From Planctomycetota bacterium (lineage in GTDB: Bacteria; Planctomycetota; B15-G4), in assembly GCA_052387675.1 (NCBI GenBank), contig JBQTIY010000009.1, forward strand, positions 141,804-205,803: 64,000 nt of DNA, in the 5' to 3' direction. The position numbers were made by a program, and so were the translations under genes. Below, one piece after another: positions 1 through 9,861 of this stretch (its first letter is position 1; every line of letters starts with the position of its first letter). The notes beneath the pieces are model-generated. The model was not told where the DNA came from. It did not search any database and saw nothing but the letters and a program-made list of their open reading frames with translations.

Positions 1-258
1 GGCCTCCAAGCCAAGTTGCAGTGCCGCCGCGAGTCCCGCGCCCGGCCCGGGCAGCACCACGATGCGCGGCTCACGCCGCGCGGCGTGCTCCAGCCACTCG
101 GCGGTGCCGTCATCGACCTCGCCGGCGCGCGGCCGATCCAGCACGGCGAGCACGCGCACCGCGACGCCGCGCTGAGCCAGCACGTCGGCCAGCGCGTAAG
201 GCAGGGTGCGCCGCGCCTTGTGCACCGGCAACAGAACATCCACCTCGGGCAGCGCCAT
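1..258 (-). CDS. GT2-family glycosyltransferase, N-terminal part (runs off window edge)
   Basis: Manual translation from ATG at 258: MALPEVDVLLPVHKARRTLPYALADVLAQ...VDDGTAEWL...GLAAALQLGLEA, a typical GT2 N-terminus; not in the supplied ORF track. Confidence 0.75.
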   Translation of the reverse strand, partial: MALPEVDVLLPVHKARRTLPYALADVLAQRGVAVRVLAVLDRPRAGEVDDGTAEWLEHAARREPRIVVLPGPGAGLAAALQLGLEA

Positions 259-383
259 GCCGCCACGATGCCGCGGCGAGGCCGCGCGGATCCAGAGCCA
301 TTGCGGTCCCGACGATTGAGGCAGCGGCCGCTCGGTGGCTGAGGTCGCTCGGGGCCGCGGGGCAGTCGCTACACTCGGCCGCC

Positions 384-1016
384 ATGCCCGAACTCATCGT
401 CGTGAAAGCCGCCGAGTGCCTGCCGCTGCGCGAGGCGATCCTGCGCCCGGGCCAGCCGCCCTCGGCCTTCACCTACGCGCAGGACAACGACCCGCGCGCG
501 ATGCACTTCGCGGTGAAGCAGGGCAAGAAAGTGCTCGGCGTGGCCTCGCTGCTGCCCGAGACGCGCGCGGAGGCCGCGATCGCCGGCGCGCCCGCGCCGC
601 CCGAGGCGGTGGAGGTCATGACGCCCGCCGACCGCCGCGCCGACCCGCCCTTCCGGCTGCGCGGCATGGCCGTGCTGCCCGACCGCCAAAAGCAGGGCCT
701 GGGGCGCATGCTGCTGCTCGCCGTGCAGGCCATCGCGCAGGCGCGCGGCGGCGGCATCTGGTGTACGGCGCGCACGCATGTCGAGCCTTTCTATGCGGCA
801 CATGGCTTTCGGCGCGAGGGCGGGGTCTTCGATCTGCCCGGCGGCGGGCCGCACTTGCTGATGACCTGGTCGCCGCCAACCCGACGCCGCAGTGGCGATC
901 CGGTCGCTCCTGGTGAGCTGGCCGACGACGATGCCGGCGAAGAAGCGACCGGCGAGTCCGAGGGCGACGAGCCCGAGCCCGGCGACGAGCTGCCCGAACG
1001 CGGCTTGGAAACCTGA
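384..1016 (+). CDS. GNAT-family N-acetyltransferase with acidic C-terminal tail
   Basis: PLREAILRPGQP start; acetyl-CoA motif A LRGMAVLPDRQKQGLG; ARTHVEPFYAAHGF; start moved to ATG 384. Confidence 0.85.
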   Translation: MPELIVVKAAECLPLREAILRPGQPPSAFTYAQDNDPRAMHFAVKQGKKVLGVASLLPETRAEAAIAGAPAPPEAVEVMTPADRRADPPFRLRGMAVLPDRQKQGLGRMLLLAVQAIAQARGGGIWCTARTHVEPFYAAHGFRREGGVFDLPGGGPHLLMTWSPPTRRRSGDPVAPGELADDDAGEEATGESEGDEPEPGDELPERGLET

Positions 1017-1022
1017 GGGGGC

Positions 1023-1763
1023 GTGGGCAGCGGCGACTCAGCGACGCCGGTCAAGCCGCCTGCTCTGCCGTCCGCTCCGCCGCCCGCCAATCTGCCTGTC
1101 GCCGCGCGGGTGCAGTTCTTGGTCGTGCTCGCCGTCCTGATCTGGTCGGGCATTTCTCCGCTGGCCCGCGATATCTGGCTGCTCGAGACCATCCCGGCGA
1201 TGCTGGGCCTGGGCGTCATGCTGCTGCGCTGGCGCCGCTTTCCGTGGACACCGCTGACGGTTTCAGTGTGCTGTCTCTTCGCGGTGGTGCTCTGCGTCGG
1301 CGGGCATTACACCTACGCCCTCGTGCCCCTGGGCGACTGGGTGAGCGAGGCCCTCGACCTCTCGCGCAACCACTACGACCGCCTCGGCCACTTCCTGCAA
1401 GGCGTGATCCCGGCGCTCCTCGCCAGGGAGTTGCTGCTGCGCTGCACCAGCCTGCAACGTGGCCGAGCGCTCTTCTGGATCTGCGTCTCGATCGCGCTCG
1501 CCATCAGCGCGGGTTACGAGATCTTCGAGTGGTGGACGGCGGCGTGGGCGGCTCCCGAGGCGGGCCCTGCCTTTCTGGGCAGCCAGGGCGATGTCTGGGA
1601 TGCCCAGTGGGATATGAGCCTGGCCGCGTGCGGCGCGATCCTGGCGCAACTGGCGCTGGCAAGAGTCCATGACCGGCAGTTGGCCTCGCTCGCCGAGCAG
1701 CCGGCCGCGCTCGCCGAGCGGTCCGCGCCACCTCGCTCGGTGGGGCGTCCGCCGTTGCGATAA
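1023..1763 (+). CDS. DUF2238/YjdF-like inner membrane protein
   Basis: WLLE, GGHYTYALVPLG, RNHYDRLGHF, YEIFEWW, FLGSQGDVWDAQWDM motifs; multiple TM segments. Confidence 0.85.
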   Translation: MGSGDSATPVKPPALPSAPPPANLPVAARVQFLVVLAVLIWSGISPLARDIWLLETIPAMLGLGVMLLRWRRFPWTPLTVSVCCLFAVVLCVGGHYTYALVPLGDWVSEALDLSRNHYDRLGHFLQGVIPALLARELLLRCTSLQRGRALFWICVSIALAISAGYEIFEWWTAAWAAPEAGPAFLGSQGDVWDAQWDMSLAACGAILAQLALARVHDRQLASLAEQPAALAERSAPPRSVGRPPLR

Positions 1764-1941
1764 CGGCTCTGCCAGCGCATAATCCGGCCCTTTCGGCATC
1801 GGGCCGAAGGTGCGGCTGTGCGCGGCCGCGGCAGCGGGCTTCCCGCACCGCCGCGCTGGCCTGTGGCAGCGCCACTTGCGACGGGCGAGCCCGAGGCCCA
1901 AACGTGCAGGGCCAGCTCACCTTTCCTGGAGTCACTTCATC

Positions 1942-2811
1942 ATGGTCGTCAAGAAGGTCGGAGTTGTCGGTTGCGGTCTCATGGGCCACGGCATCGTGCA
2001 AATCGCCGCCCAGGCGGGCTGCACCGTCCTTGCGCGCGAGGCCGACCAGGCCGCGCTGGACAAGGGCCTGGCTCGCATTCGCAAGAGCCTCGACAAGCTC
2101 GTCGAGAAGCAGAAGACCACCCAAGCCGACGCGGACGCCGCCTTCGGCCGCGTGCGCGGCACGCTGGAACTCAAGGACCTGTCCGACTGCGACCTCGTCA
2201 TCGAGGCCATCGTCGAGAACATCCAGGTCAAGAACACGCTCTTCGCCGAGCTGGGGCGGCTCTGCAAGCCCGGCACGATCTTCGCCAGCAACACCTCGTC
2301 CTTCTCGATCGGCGAGATGGGCAAGGCCAGCGGCCGGCCGCAGCGCATGGTGGGGCTGCATTTTTTCAATCCGGTGCAGCTCATGAAGTTGGTGGAAGTC
2401 GTGCGCGCCAAGGAAACCTCCGGCGAGGTCTTTGCCGAAGCCAAGGCCTTCGGCGAGGCCTGCGGCAAGGTGCCCGTGGCCGCCAGCGACACGCCCGGCT
2501 TCGTGGTGAACCGCCTGCTCGTGCCCTATCTGGCCGAGGCCATCCGCATGGTGGAGCGCGGCGACGCCACGCCCGCCGACGTGGACGCGGGCATGACGCT
2601 GGGTTGCGGCTATCCCATGGGCCCCTTCACCCTGCTGGACTACGTGGGCCTCGACACAACACTCTTCATCCTGGAAGGCTGGCACAAGGACGAGCCGGGC
2701 AACCCGCTCTTCGTGCCACCCAAGCTGCTGCGTGAAAAGGTCGCCGCCAAGAAACTCGGCCGCAAGACGGGCGAAGGCTTCTTCAAGTGGGACGGCGACA
2801 AGCGCGCATGA
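1942..2811 (+). CDS. hbd: 3-hydroxybutyryl-CoA / 3-hydroxyacyl-CoA dehydrogenase
   Basis: GCGLMGHGI Rossmann motif, ASNTSS, GLHFFNP, GFVVNRLL, YPMGP, LGRKTGEGF. Confidence 0.92.
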   Translation: MVVKKVGVVGCGLMGHGIVQIAAQAGCTVLAREADQAALDKGLARIRKSLDKLVEKQKTTQADADAAFGRVRGTLELKDLSDCDLVIEAIVENIQVKNTLFAELGRLCKPGTIFASNTSSFSIGEMGKASGRPQRMVGLHFFNPVQLMKLVEVVRAKETSGEVFAEAKAFGEACGKVPVAASDTPGFVVNRLLVPYLAEAIRMVERGDATPADVDAGMTLGCGYPMGPFTLLDYVGLDTTLFILEGWHKDEPGNPLFVPPKLLREKVAAKKLGRKTGEGFFKWDGDKRA

Positions 2812-3590
2812 GCGAGAGGTCCGCACGGCTTGCCAAAGTGCTGACTGCGCCGGCGTTGCTTTCGGCGTTGCTGGCGGCGCTGTCGGCTTGCGCCGGCCAG
2901 TCGCAGCCCACGCCGGTGCTCGACGACGTCACAGCGCCGATGGTGGAGGCGATGGTGGCCGGGCTCGAGGGCCAGAGCGAGCAGGCGCCGCCGGCCGGCG
3001 TGGCCGCCAGCACGGGTGCCGGACCCTTCGGCGACTTGCTCATCACGGCGCTGCCGACGCCCAGTGAAGTGGCCGAGTTGGCGCGCCTCGTGGCCGAACT
3101 CGACACGACGCACGGCCTGCTCGTCCTGGAGTTCGATCCGGCGGCCGCGCCGCGGCACGTCGCAGCCTTCGTGGAGCGCGCGCGCGCCGGCTTGTACGAC
3201 GGGTTGAGCTTCCATCGCGTGCTGCCCGGAGTCCTGGCGCAGACGGGTGATCCGGTCAGTGCCGGCCGCGAGCGCCTCGACGAGGTCCTGCCGCTCGAAG
3301 CCGGAGCAGCGAAGCTCACGCGCGGCACGCTGGCCATGGCGCGGCTGGCCCATCCCGACTCAGCCGGTTCACAGTTCTTTCTGGCCCTCGGCGATCTGCC
3401 TTGGCTGGACGGCAAGTACACCGTCTTCGGCCGGCTGCTGCGCGGCGAATCCACCTTGCTCACCATCAGCGAACTGGGCAGCGAAACGGGCGCAACGCGC
3501 GAGCCGGTGCTCATCCGCAAACTCATTATCAGACCGCGGACTGCCCAGGATGTCCGTCACGCGGGTCAATCGACCCCGGAGAATCCATGA
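2808..3590 (+). CDS. Cyclophilin-type peptidyl-prolyl isomerase, predicted lipoprotein
   Basis: Lipobox LSAC; YDGLSFHRV, AMAR, SAGSQFF, WLDGKYTVFG; ATGA overlap with hbd. Confidence 0.85.
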   Translation: MSERSARLAKVLTAPALLSALLAALSACAGQSQPTPVLDDVTAPMVEAMVAGLEGQSEQAPPAGVAASTGAGPFGDLLITALPTPSEVAELARLVAELDTTHGLLVLEFDPAAAPRHVAAFVERARAGLYDGLSFHRVLPGVLAQTGDPVSAGRERLDEVLPLEAGAAKLTRGTLAMARLAHPDSAGSQFFLALGDLPWLDGKYTVFGRLLRGESTLLTISELGSETGATREPVLIRKLIIRPRTAQDVRHAGQSTPENP

Positions 3591-4495
3591 CCACCTTTTC
3601 ACCCGACAGCCGCGCGATCCTCAAAACATCCTACGGCGACATCACGCTGGAGTTCTTCCCCGACAAGGCCCCGCGCACGTGTGAGAGCTTCGTGCGGCTC
3701 GCGCGCCGCGGCTTCTACGACGGGCTGACCTTCCACCGCATCTTGAAGGACTTCATGGTGCAGGCCGGCTGCCCCAAAGGCGATGGCACCGGGAACCCCG
3801 GCTTCACGCTGCGCGCCGAGTTCAATGAGACGCCGCACGTCAAGGGCGTGCTGAGCATGGCGCGCGGCACCGATCCGCACAGCGCGGGCAGCCAGTTCTT
3901 CATCTGCCACGGCGAGGCGCGCTACCTCGACAACAAGTACACGGCCTTTGGGCGCGTCGTCGACGGGCTGCCGGTGCTGGACAAGATCGCCAGCGTGCCG
4001 GTGACCGAGAACCGCTACCGCGAGGCCAGCCAGCCGCGCGATCCGATCTTCATCAATCGCATCGTGCTCGAGGGCATTGAGTTCGACGCGAGCGACGAAG
4101 ATCGGCCACGCGACGGCCAGCACGGAGGCCAACAGGGCGGCCAACAGGGCGGCGAAGCCCACGGCGAGGGCGACGAACACGATGAGGAGGGCGACGATCA
4201 CGACGACGAGCCCGGCACGGACGGCGGCGGCGAGGACGCTCCCGACGAAGGCCGCGCTCCCCAAGGCGGCGAGAGTGCGCCGCGCGGCGGCGCCGCGCAG
4301 GGCGGCTCGTCGCAGGGTGGTCAGCAGGCCCAGCGCGGAGCGGCCCCCAGCGATTCCGGCGAAGACGACGACGCCGGCCAGCCGGACGGCGGAGCCCCAG
4401 GTGCTGCGCCGGGCGGCGAGTCCGGCGGCGAGCCGGGCGGCGGCCAGCGTGGCGGACGGCCGGGCGGACAGCGCGGACGCCGTCGTCGGCGCTGA
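3587..4495 (+). CDS. Cyclophilin-type PPIase with long low-complexity acidic/Gly tail and Arg-rich end
   Basis: FYDGLTFHRILKDFMVQAG, HVKGVLSMAR, SAGSQFFICH, LDNKYTAFG. Confidence 0.9.
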   Translation: MTTFSPDSRAILKTSYGDITLEFFPDKAPRTCESFVRLARRGFYDGLTFHRILKDFMVQAGCPKGDGTGNPGFTLRAEFNETPHVKGVLSMARGTDPHSAGSQFFICHGEARYLDNKYTAFGRVVDGLPVLDKIASVPVTENRYREASQPRDPIFINRIVLEGIEFDASDEDRPRDGQHGGQQGGQQGGEAHGEGDEHDEEGDDHDDEPGTDGGGEDAPDEGRAPQGGESAPRGGAAQGGSSQGGQQAQRGAAPSDSGEDDDAGQPDGGAPGAAPGGESGGEPGGGQRGGRPGGQRGRRRRR

Positions 4496-4579
4496 GCGGC
4501 CCCGGCGCAGCGCAACCACGCGAAGATCGAGCAGCGACGGCCAGTCCCACCCAGCGAAACCTGAGAGCGGAGCCAGCCA

Positions 4580-5365
4580 GTGACCAGTTACGAGAACATC
4601 CTGCGGCGTGACCAGGACGGCATCACCACCGTCACGGTGAACCGCCCCGACAAGCTCAATGCGCTGAACGCCGCCACGATCGGCGAGCTGCAGCACTGCT
4701 TCGAGGCGCTCGCCGCCGACGAGGCGGTGCGCGCGGTGATCCTCACCGGCGCGGGCGAGAAGGCCTTCGTGGCCGGCGCCGACATCGGCGAGCTGGCCAG
4801 CCAGACGCCGCTGCAGGCGCGGCCGCTCGCGATGCGCGGCCAGCGCCTGATGGACACGGTGGAGGCCTGCCCCAAGCCCGTCGTGGCCGCAGTGAACGGC
4901 TACGCCTTTGGCGGCGGCTGCGAGTTGGCCCTCGCCTGCCATCTGCGCCTCGCCGCAGACAACGCGCTGCTGGGCCTGCCCGAAGTCACGCTCGGCATCA
5001 TCCCGGGTTACGGCGGCACGCAGCGCCTGCCGCGCATCATCGGCAAGGGCCGCGCCATGGAGATGATCCTCACGGCGGCGCGCGTGGATGCCGCCGAGGC
5101 CTATCGCATCGGCCTGGTGAACAAGGTCTTCCCGCAGAAGGACCTCTTGCCCGAAACCGAAAAGTTGCTGCGCAAGACGCTCAGCTACGGACCGGTCGCC
5201 GTGCGCTTCGCCCTCGACGCCGTGAATCACGGCGGCGAGATGCCGCTGCACGACGGCCTGAACTACGAGGCCACTTTCTTCGGGCTGCTCGCCGCCACGA
5301 GCGACCTCAAGGAAGGCATGGCTGCTTTCCTCGAGAAGCGCCCCGCGAAATTCACCGGACGCTGA
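4580..5365 (+). CDS. crt: Enoyl-CoA hydratase (crotonase)
   Basis: AFVAGADI, GGGCELALAC, LGLPEVTLGIIPGYGGTQRLPR, EGMAAFLEKR. Confidence 0.92.
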   Translation: MTSYENILRRDQDGITTVTVNRPDKLNALNAATIGELQHCFEALAADEAVRAVILTGAGEKAFVAGADIGELASQTPLQARPLAMRGQRLMDTVEACPKPVVAAVNGYAFGGGCELALACHLRLAADNALLGLPEVTLGIIPGYGGTQRLPRIIGKGRAMEMILTAARVDAAEAYRIGLVNKVFPQKDLLPETEKLLRKTLSYGPVAVRFALDAVNHGGEMPLHDGLNYEATFFGLLAATSDLKEGMAAFLEKRPAKFTGR

Positions 5366-5454
5366 CCACACCTTGACCTCGCTGTGGCGCCGTGCGGCGC
5401 AGGCTAATCAATGTCCTTCAGCACCTCACTGCACCACTCTTCAGGAATCCTTCG

Positions 5455-6660
5455 ATGAGCAAGCCCGAACTGGTTCTTCTCGGCGGCGCCCGCACGGCCA
5501 TGGCCGAGTACTCCGGCACGCCCGGCTACGGCAAGCTGGCCGGCCACACCGCGCTGGAACTCGGCGCACACGCCGCCCGCGCCGCCCTGCAGCGCAGCGA
5601 AGTGCGTCCCGAGCAGGTGGATCACGTGGTCTTCGGCAACGTGCTCTACACCAGCCAGGACGCGCTCTACGGCGCGCGGCACATCGCGCTGAAGGCCGGC
5701 GTGCCCGTGCCCGTGCCGGCGCTCACCGTGAACCGCCTCTGCGGCTCGGGCATTCAGTCGGCCATCTCGGCCGCGCACCTCATCCTGGCCGGCGAGGCCA
5801 ACACGGTCGTGGCCGGCGGCACTGAGAACATGAGCCAGGCGCCCTTCGTGCTCTGGGGCATGCGCGCGGGCTACCGCTTCGGCGGCAAGTTCGACATGCA
5901 GGACATGCTGATGGGCAGCCTCTTCGATACCAACTGCGGCCTCTTCATGGCGCAGACCGCCGAGAAGCTGGCCAAGAAGTACGGCATCACGCGCCAGGCG
6001 CAGGATGAGTTCGCGGCGCGCAGCCACGCGCTCGGCGCGGCGGCAGTGAAGAGCGGCGTCTTCGCGGCGGAGATCGCGCCGCTGCAGCTCAAGAAGGGCG
6101 AGGAAGTCATCGGCCAGGTGGACACCGACGACCACATCAAGCCGGGCACCACGGTGGAAACGCTCACCAAGTTGCGCGCGGCCTTCGGCAAGGAGGGCAC
6201 GGTGACGGCCGGCAATGCCTCGGGCATCGTGGACGGCGCGGCGGCGCTGGTGGTGAGCACGGCCGCGGCGGCCAAGCAGCACGGCTGGAAGCCGCGCGCG
6301 CGCATCGTGTCGTGGGCGGTCTGTGGCGTGGAGCCCAGCGAGATGGGCATCGGCCCGGCGCCGGCCATCCGCGAGGCGCTCAAGAAGGCCGGCCTCACGC
6401 AGGATCAAGTGGACTACTACGAGATCAACGAGGCCTTCGCCGCTCAGTACCTCGCCGTGGAGAAGGAACTGGAGCTGGATCGCAGCAAGGTCAACGTCAA
6501 CGGCGGCGCCATCGCGCTGGGCCACCCGCTCGGCGCCACCGGCGCGCGGCTGATCCTCACGCTCATGCACCAGCTCGAGCGCAGCGGCAAGTCGCGCGGC
6601 ATGGCGTCGGCCTGCATCGGCGGCGGCCAGGGCATCGCCCTGCTCATCGAACGCTGCTGA
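5455..6660 (+). CDS. Acetyl-CoA C-acyltransferase (thiolase)
   Basis: NRLCGSG, NEAFA, GGAIALGHPLGATG, CIGGGQG. Confidence 0.95.
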   Translation: MSKPELVLLGGARTAMAEYSGTPGYGKLAGHTALELGAHAARAALQRSEVRPEQVDHVVFGNVLYTSQDALYGARHIALKAGVPVPVPALTVNRLCGSGIQSAISAAHLILAGEANTVVAGGTENMSQAPFVLWGMRAGYRFGGKFDMQDMLMGSLFDTNCGLFMAQTAEKLAKKYGITRQAQDEFAARSHALGAAAVKSGVFAAEIAPLQLKKGEEVIGQVDTDDHIKPGTTVETLTKLRAAFGKEGTVTAGNASGIVDGAAALVVSTAAAAKQHGWKPRARIVSWAVCGVEPSEMGIGPAPAIREALKKAGLTQDQVDYYEINEAFAAQYLAVEKELELDRSKVNVNGGAIALGHPLGATGARLILTLMHQLERSGKSRGMASACIGGGQGIALLIERC

Positions 6661-6694
6661 GCTAGCCCGGAACGGCTGACCGAGCACCACACGC

Positions 6695-8761
6695 ATGACT
6701 GCGCCCAACGTCATCCGCCTCGACCCGGCCAAGCGGGTGCTGTTCCTCACCAAGGACCTCTCGCTCATCGAGCGGCAACTCCGCGGCGAGCTCAACCTGC
6801 GCATGGCCGACCTGCGCGTCGAGGATCTGCTCGATGACATCAACACCGATGTCATGACTCCGGCCTGGGTCTGCTTTAGCCACCGGCCTGAAGACATCGC
6901 GCTGAACGCCTACGCCGGCCTGATGAAGGACGGCCGGCGCGTTTTCGCCGAGCGCGCGCTCATGGACGGCGGCTTCGAGGTCATCGTCTCGGGGCAGCGC
7001 AAGGGCACGGGCAGCTCGCGCGAGACGGCGCCGCAATGCGAGAAGTGGTGCGGCATCCGGCTGGTCATCGCGGCCTCCTTCGCGCCGATCCACGAGCGCA
7101 ACAACATCAATCTCGGGCAGCTCATGGGCGACCACGCGCAGCTCGTGCGCCTGCAGGCCGGCGAGGGCCTGCCGCTCGAAGAGTTCACGCGGCGCTACGA
7201 CCCGGTGACGCGCAAGATCCTCGAGCTGGGCGGGCTCTTCCCCTTCAGCAAGGCGCTCATCGAGGGGCGCGTGCAGGTGCCGGCGCCGCGCACGGCGCCG
7301 CGCGCCATGACCATCGCCGAGAAGGTCCTCGGCGCGCACTTGGTCGGCGGGCCGGGCGCCGTGCAGCCGGGCGACGTGGCCATGGTCAAGGTGGACGGCG
7401 GCTATAGCCACGAGTTCACTACGGCGCAGGTGCACGACTTCTTGCAGCGTGAGTTCGGCCAGGACTACCGCATCCCCGATGCCAGCAAGTTCGCAGTCTT
7501 CGAAGATCACCTGCTCTATGCCGACGGCGTGAAGCGCATGGCGCCCTTCGCCGGCAAGATCGCCACGCTGCGCCGCTTGCAGACCGAGTTCCTCAAGCAC
7601 ACCGGCGTGCGCGACTACCAGTCACGCGGCGGCATCTCGCCCGGCATCTGCCACGAAGTCGCGCGGCGCGACTTCATCGACCCGGGCGATTTCATCCAGG
7701 CCACCGACAGCCACACCTGCATGGGCGGCGGCAACAACGCCCTCGCTTGGGGAGTCGGTGCTACCGAGTACGCGGCGCTCATCGTCTCCGGCGCCACCTT
7801 CGTGCAAGTGCCGGAGAGCATCCGCTTCGAGCTGGTGGGGCGGCTGCGCGCCGACTGCACCGCGAAAGACGTCATGCTCTACATCTTGGCCAACCACGCG
7901 CGGCAGGAGCTGACGCTCGACCGCGTGATGGAGTTCGGCGGGCCTGGCTTGGCCACGCTTTCACTGGACGAGCGCGCCACGCTGGCCAACATGGCCACCG
8001 AGTGCACCGCCAAGACCGGCGTTTGCGAAGGCGATGAGGCGCTCATCGATTGGATCCTCGCCAGTCGGCCGAAGGGCCAGTCGGCCGCGGCGACGGGTGG
8101 GAGCGGCGCTGCGACCGCCGCGGCAGCCAATGATGGCGCCGCGGCGCGCGAGGCGCTGCGCAAGCGGCTCGTTGCGCCGGACAAGGGCGCGCAGTACGGC
8201 GGCGGCGTGCACACCATCGACCTCTCCGCGCTGCGGCCCATGGTCGCGCACCCGGGCGACCCCGACCGCGGCATCCCTTCCGACCCGACCAATGGTGCGC
8301 TGATCTCCGAAATCGGCGCGGTGCGGATCGACATCGCCTACGCCGGCTCTTGCACCGCCGGCAAAGTAGACGACTTCGCCATGTATGCGCGCGTGCTCGA
8401 GGACGCAGTGCGCTCCGGACGGCGCGTGGCCGACGGAGTGCGCCTCTACATCCAGTACGGCAGCGAGGCCACGCAGCAGGTCGCGCGCGAGCGCGGCTGG
8501 GACAAGGTCTTCGAGCGCGCGGGCGCGGAGATCATCAATCCCGGTTGCGGCGCCTGCATCGGCTGCGGCCCGGGCGTCTCCGACACCGCCGAGCAAGTCA
8601 CAGTCTCGGCCATCAACCGCAACTTCCAGGGCCGCAGCGGGCCCGGCAAACTCTGGCTGGCCTCGCCGCTCACTGTCGCGGCCTCCGCCATCGAGGGCCG
8701 CATCGTGGCCTACGAACCGGGGATGTTCGCTCCGATGTCCCGGACCAGCTCACCTACCTAG
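6695..8761 (+). CDS. Aconitase-family hydro-lyase: LeuD-like swivel domain fused N-terminal to a LeuC-like [4Fe-4S] domain
   Basis: N-terminal DDINTD, GSSRE, SFAPIHERN; then MTIAEKVL, EDH, GICH, TDSHTC, GSCTAG, PGCGACIG, NRNFQGR, LASP. Confidence 0.88.
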   Translation: MTAPNVIRLDPAKRVLFLTKDLSLIERQLRGELNLRMADLRVEDLLDDINTDVMTPAWVCFSHRPEDIALNAYAGLMKDGRRVFAERALMDGGFEVIVSGQRKGTGSSRETAPQCEKWCGIRLVIAASFAPIHERNNINLGQLMGDHAQLVRLQAGEGLPLEEFTRRYDPVTRKILELGGLFPFSKALIEGRVQVPAPRTAPRAMTIAEKVLGAHLVGGPGAVQPGDVAMVKVDGGYSHEFTTAQVHDFLQREFGQDYRIPDASKFAVFEDHLLYADGVKRMAPFAGKIATLRRLQTEFLKHTGVRDYQSRGGISPGICHEVARRDFIDPGDFIQATDSHTCMGGGNNALAWGVGATEYAALIVSGATFVQVPESIRFELVGRLRADCTAKDVMLYILANHARQELTLDRVMEFGGPGLATLSLDERATLANMATECTAKTGVCEGDEALIDWILASRPKGQSAAATGGSGAATAAAANDGAAAREALRKRLVAPDKGAQYGGGVHTIDLSALRPMVAHPGDPDRGIPSDPTNGALISEIGAVRIDIAYAGSCTAGKVDDFAMYARVLEDAVRSGRRVADGVRLYIQYGSEATQQVARERGWDKVFERAGAEIINPGCGACIGCGPGVSDTAEQVTVSAINRNFQGRSGPGKLWLASPLTVAASAIEGRIVAYEPGMFAPMSRTSSPT

Positions 8762-8772
8762 AGTCGTCACCC

Positions 8773-9861
8773 CTAGACGAAAAGGCTCGACTGCCTCGCG
8801 GCCGTGTCTGTTAGTGAGTCAAGCTCAAGCTGAGAGTGACTTCGCGACGCAATGTATAGGCGCTCCGTGTTTCGGAGATGGCTGACCTTTCCCACGCGGA
8901 GACCGTCTGGATTGTAGATCCCAATTTGCGCGCCTACGTAGCGCTTGAAGTCCTTCTCAATGACGGTGACCCGCGCAGTGCCCTCCCAGAGATGGCCGAG
9001 CATTCCTTCGATCTCAGCACGCGATAGGAATCCCTCATCGCTGAAGGAAACGACAAGCGTCGACGCCTGCACGTTGCTGAGCATTTCGATCATCGCACCT
9101 GCGAACCGTGGTCGCGAATTGAAGATGCTCTGGCGCTCGCGGCAGTCCACGCGCTTGCAGGCAACTCCATAGAAGTCGGGCTTGTCCCAGCGAACGAGCG
9201 ATTCCCAGATATGGTAGTTACCCAGGTACGAGTGTTGGTTGTATGGGGGATCGATGTACGCGACGTCGGCTTGGAGCTCGCGAACTGCCATCAGTGCGTC
9301 GAGATTGGAGGCTTGACCCTTCCCGAACTTCGAGCGGGGCAACACGTCTGGTATCCGAAGCACCAACGGGTTGTTTGCGCGCGGCGCCCAGCTCTTGAGA
9401 TAGGCCATCTGGACTCCGGTCGTTGAGTCCACCCGGTCAGCCGCCTCCATCAAAGAAACAAGCATGACGGCTTCTAGTTCTGGCCTGAGCCCCTTTGATG
9501 CGATCAGCTCGCGGATTGCATCGATCCTTTCGCCGTTGCGAGGCTGGAAGAATCGCGACTTCAAGCAGAACGTTTCGGTGAAGTATCCAGGCGAGCCCCG
9601 AGTGCGATTGAATTCAGTTACCAGTTGCTGCGCCTCTTCAAGGACGTCGTCCAGATCCGCTTCGACGTAACAGCGTGCGAGTGTTGCTGCGTACAAGTTG
9701 ACATCGTTTGAGATAACTCGGAAGCCAGCGCGTTTGAGTCCATGTCCGACGCGTGATGTGCCGGAGAAGAGATCCAGGACTGACTCAACGGGGCCTAGCC
9801 TTCGAATGACTTCGATGATCCGTGTCAGGAGAAGCCGTTTTGATCCAAGGTACTTGATCAC
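8773..9861 (-). CDS. N6-adenine DNA methyltransferase (alpha/D12 class)
   Basis: KYLGSK, motif I DLFSGT, motif IV YIDPPY; resembles M.NlaIII-type enzymes; visibly lower GC than flanks. Confidence 0.9.
   Translation of the reverse strand: MIKYLGSKRLLLTRIIEVIRRLGPVESVLDLFSGTSRVGHGLKRAGFRVISNDVNLYAATLARCYVEADLDDVLEEAQQLVTEFNRTRGSPGYFTETFCLKSRFFQPRNGERIDAIRELIASKGLRPELEAVMLVSLMEAADRVDSTTGVQMAYLKSWAPRANNPLVLRIPDVLPRSKFGKGQASNLDALMAVRELQADVAYIDPPYNQHSYLGNYHIWESLVRWDKPDFYGVACKRVDCRERQSIFNSRPRFAGAMIEMLSNVQASTLVVSFSDEGFLSRAEIEGMLGHLWEGTARVTVIEKDFKRYVGAQIGIYNPDGLRVGKVSHLRNTERLYIASRSHSQLELDSLTDTAARQSSLFV

Noticed and set aside
4120-4160. GGCCAACAGGGC short tandem repeat
   Set aside because: Simply encodes GGQQ repeats within the cyclophilin's low-complexity tail
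3599-5371. Long antisense or alternate-frame ORFs (e.g. 3599-5371 -, 22504-24528 +, 24642-26189 +, 11179-12780 +)
   Set aside because: Shadow ORFs expected from high-GC codon bias; they overlap well-supported genes and have no recognisable motifs
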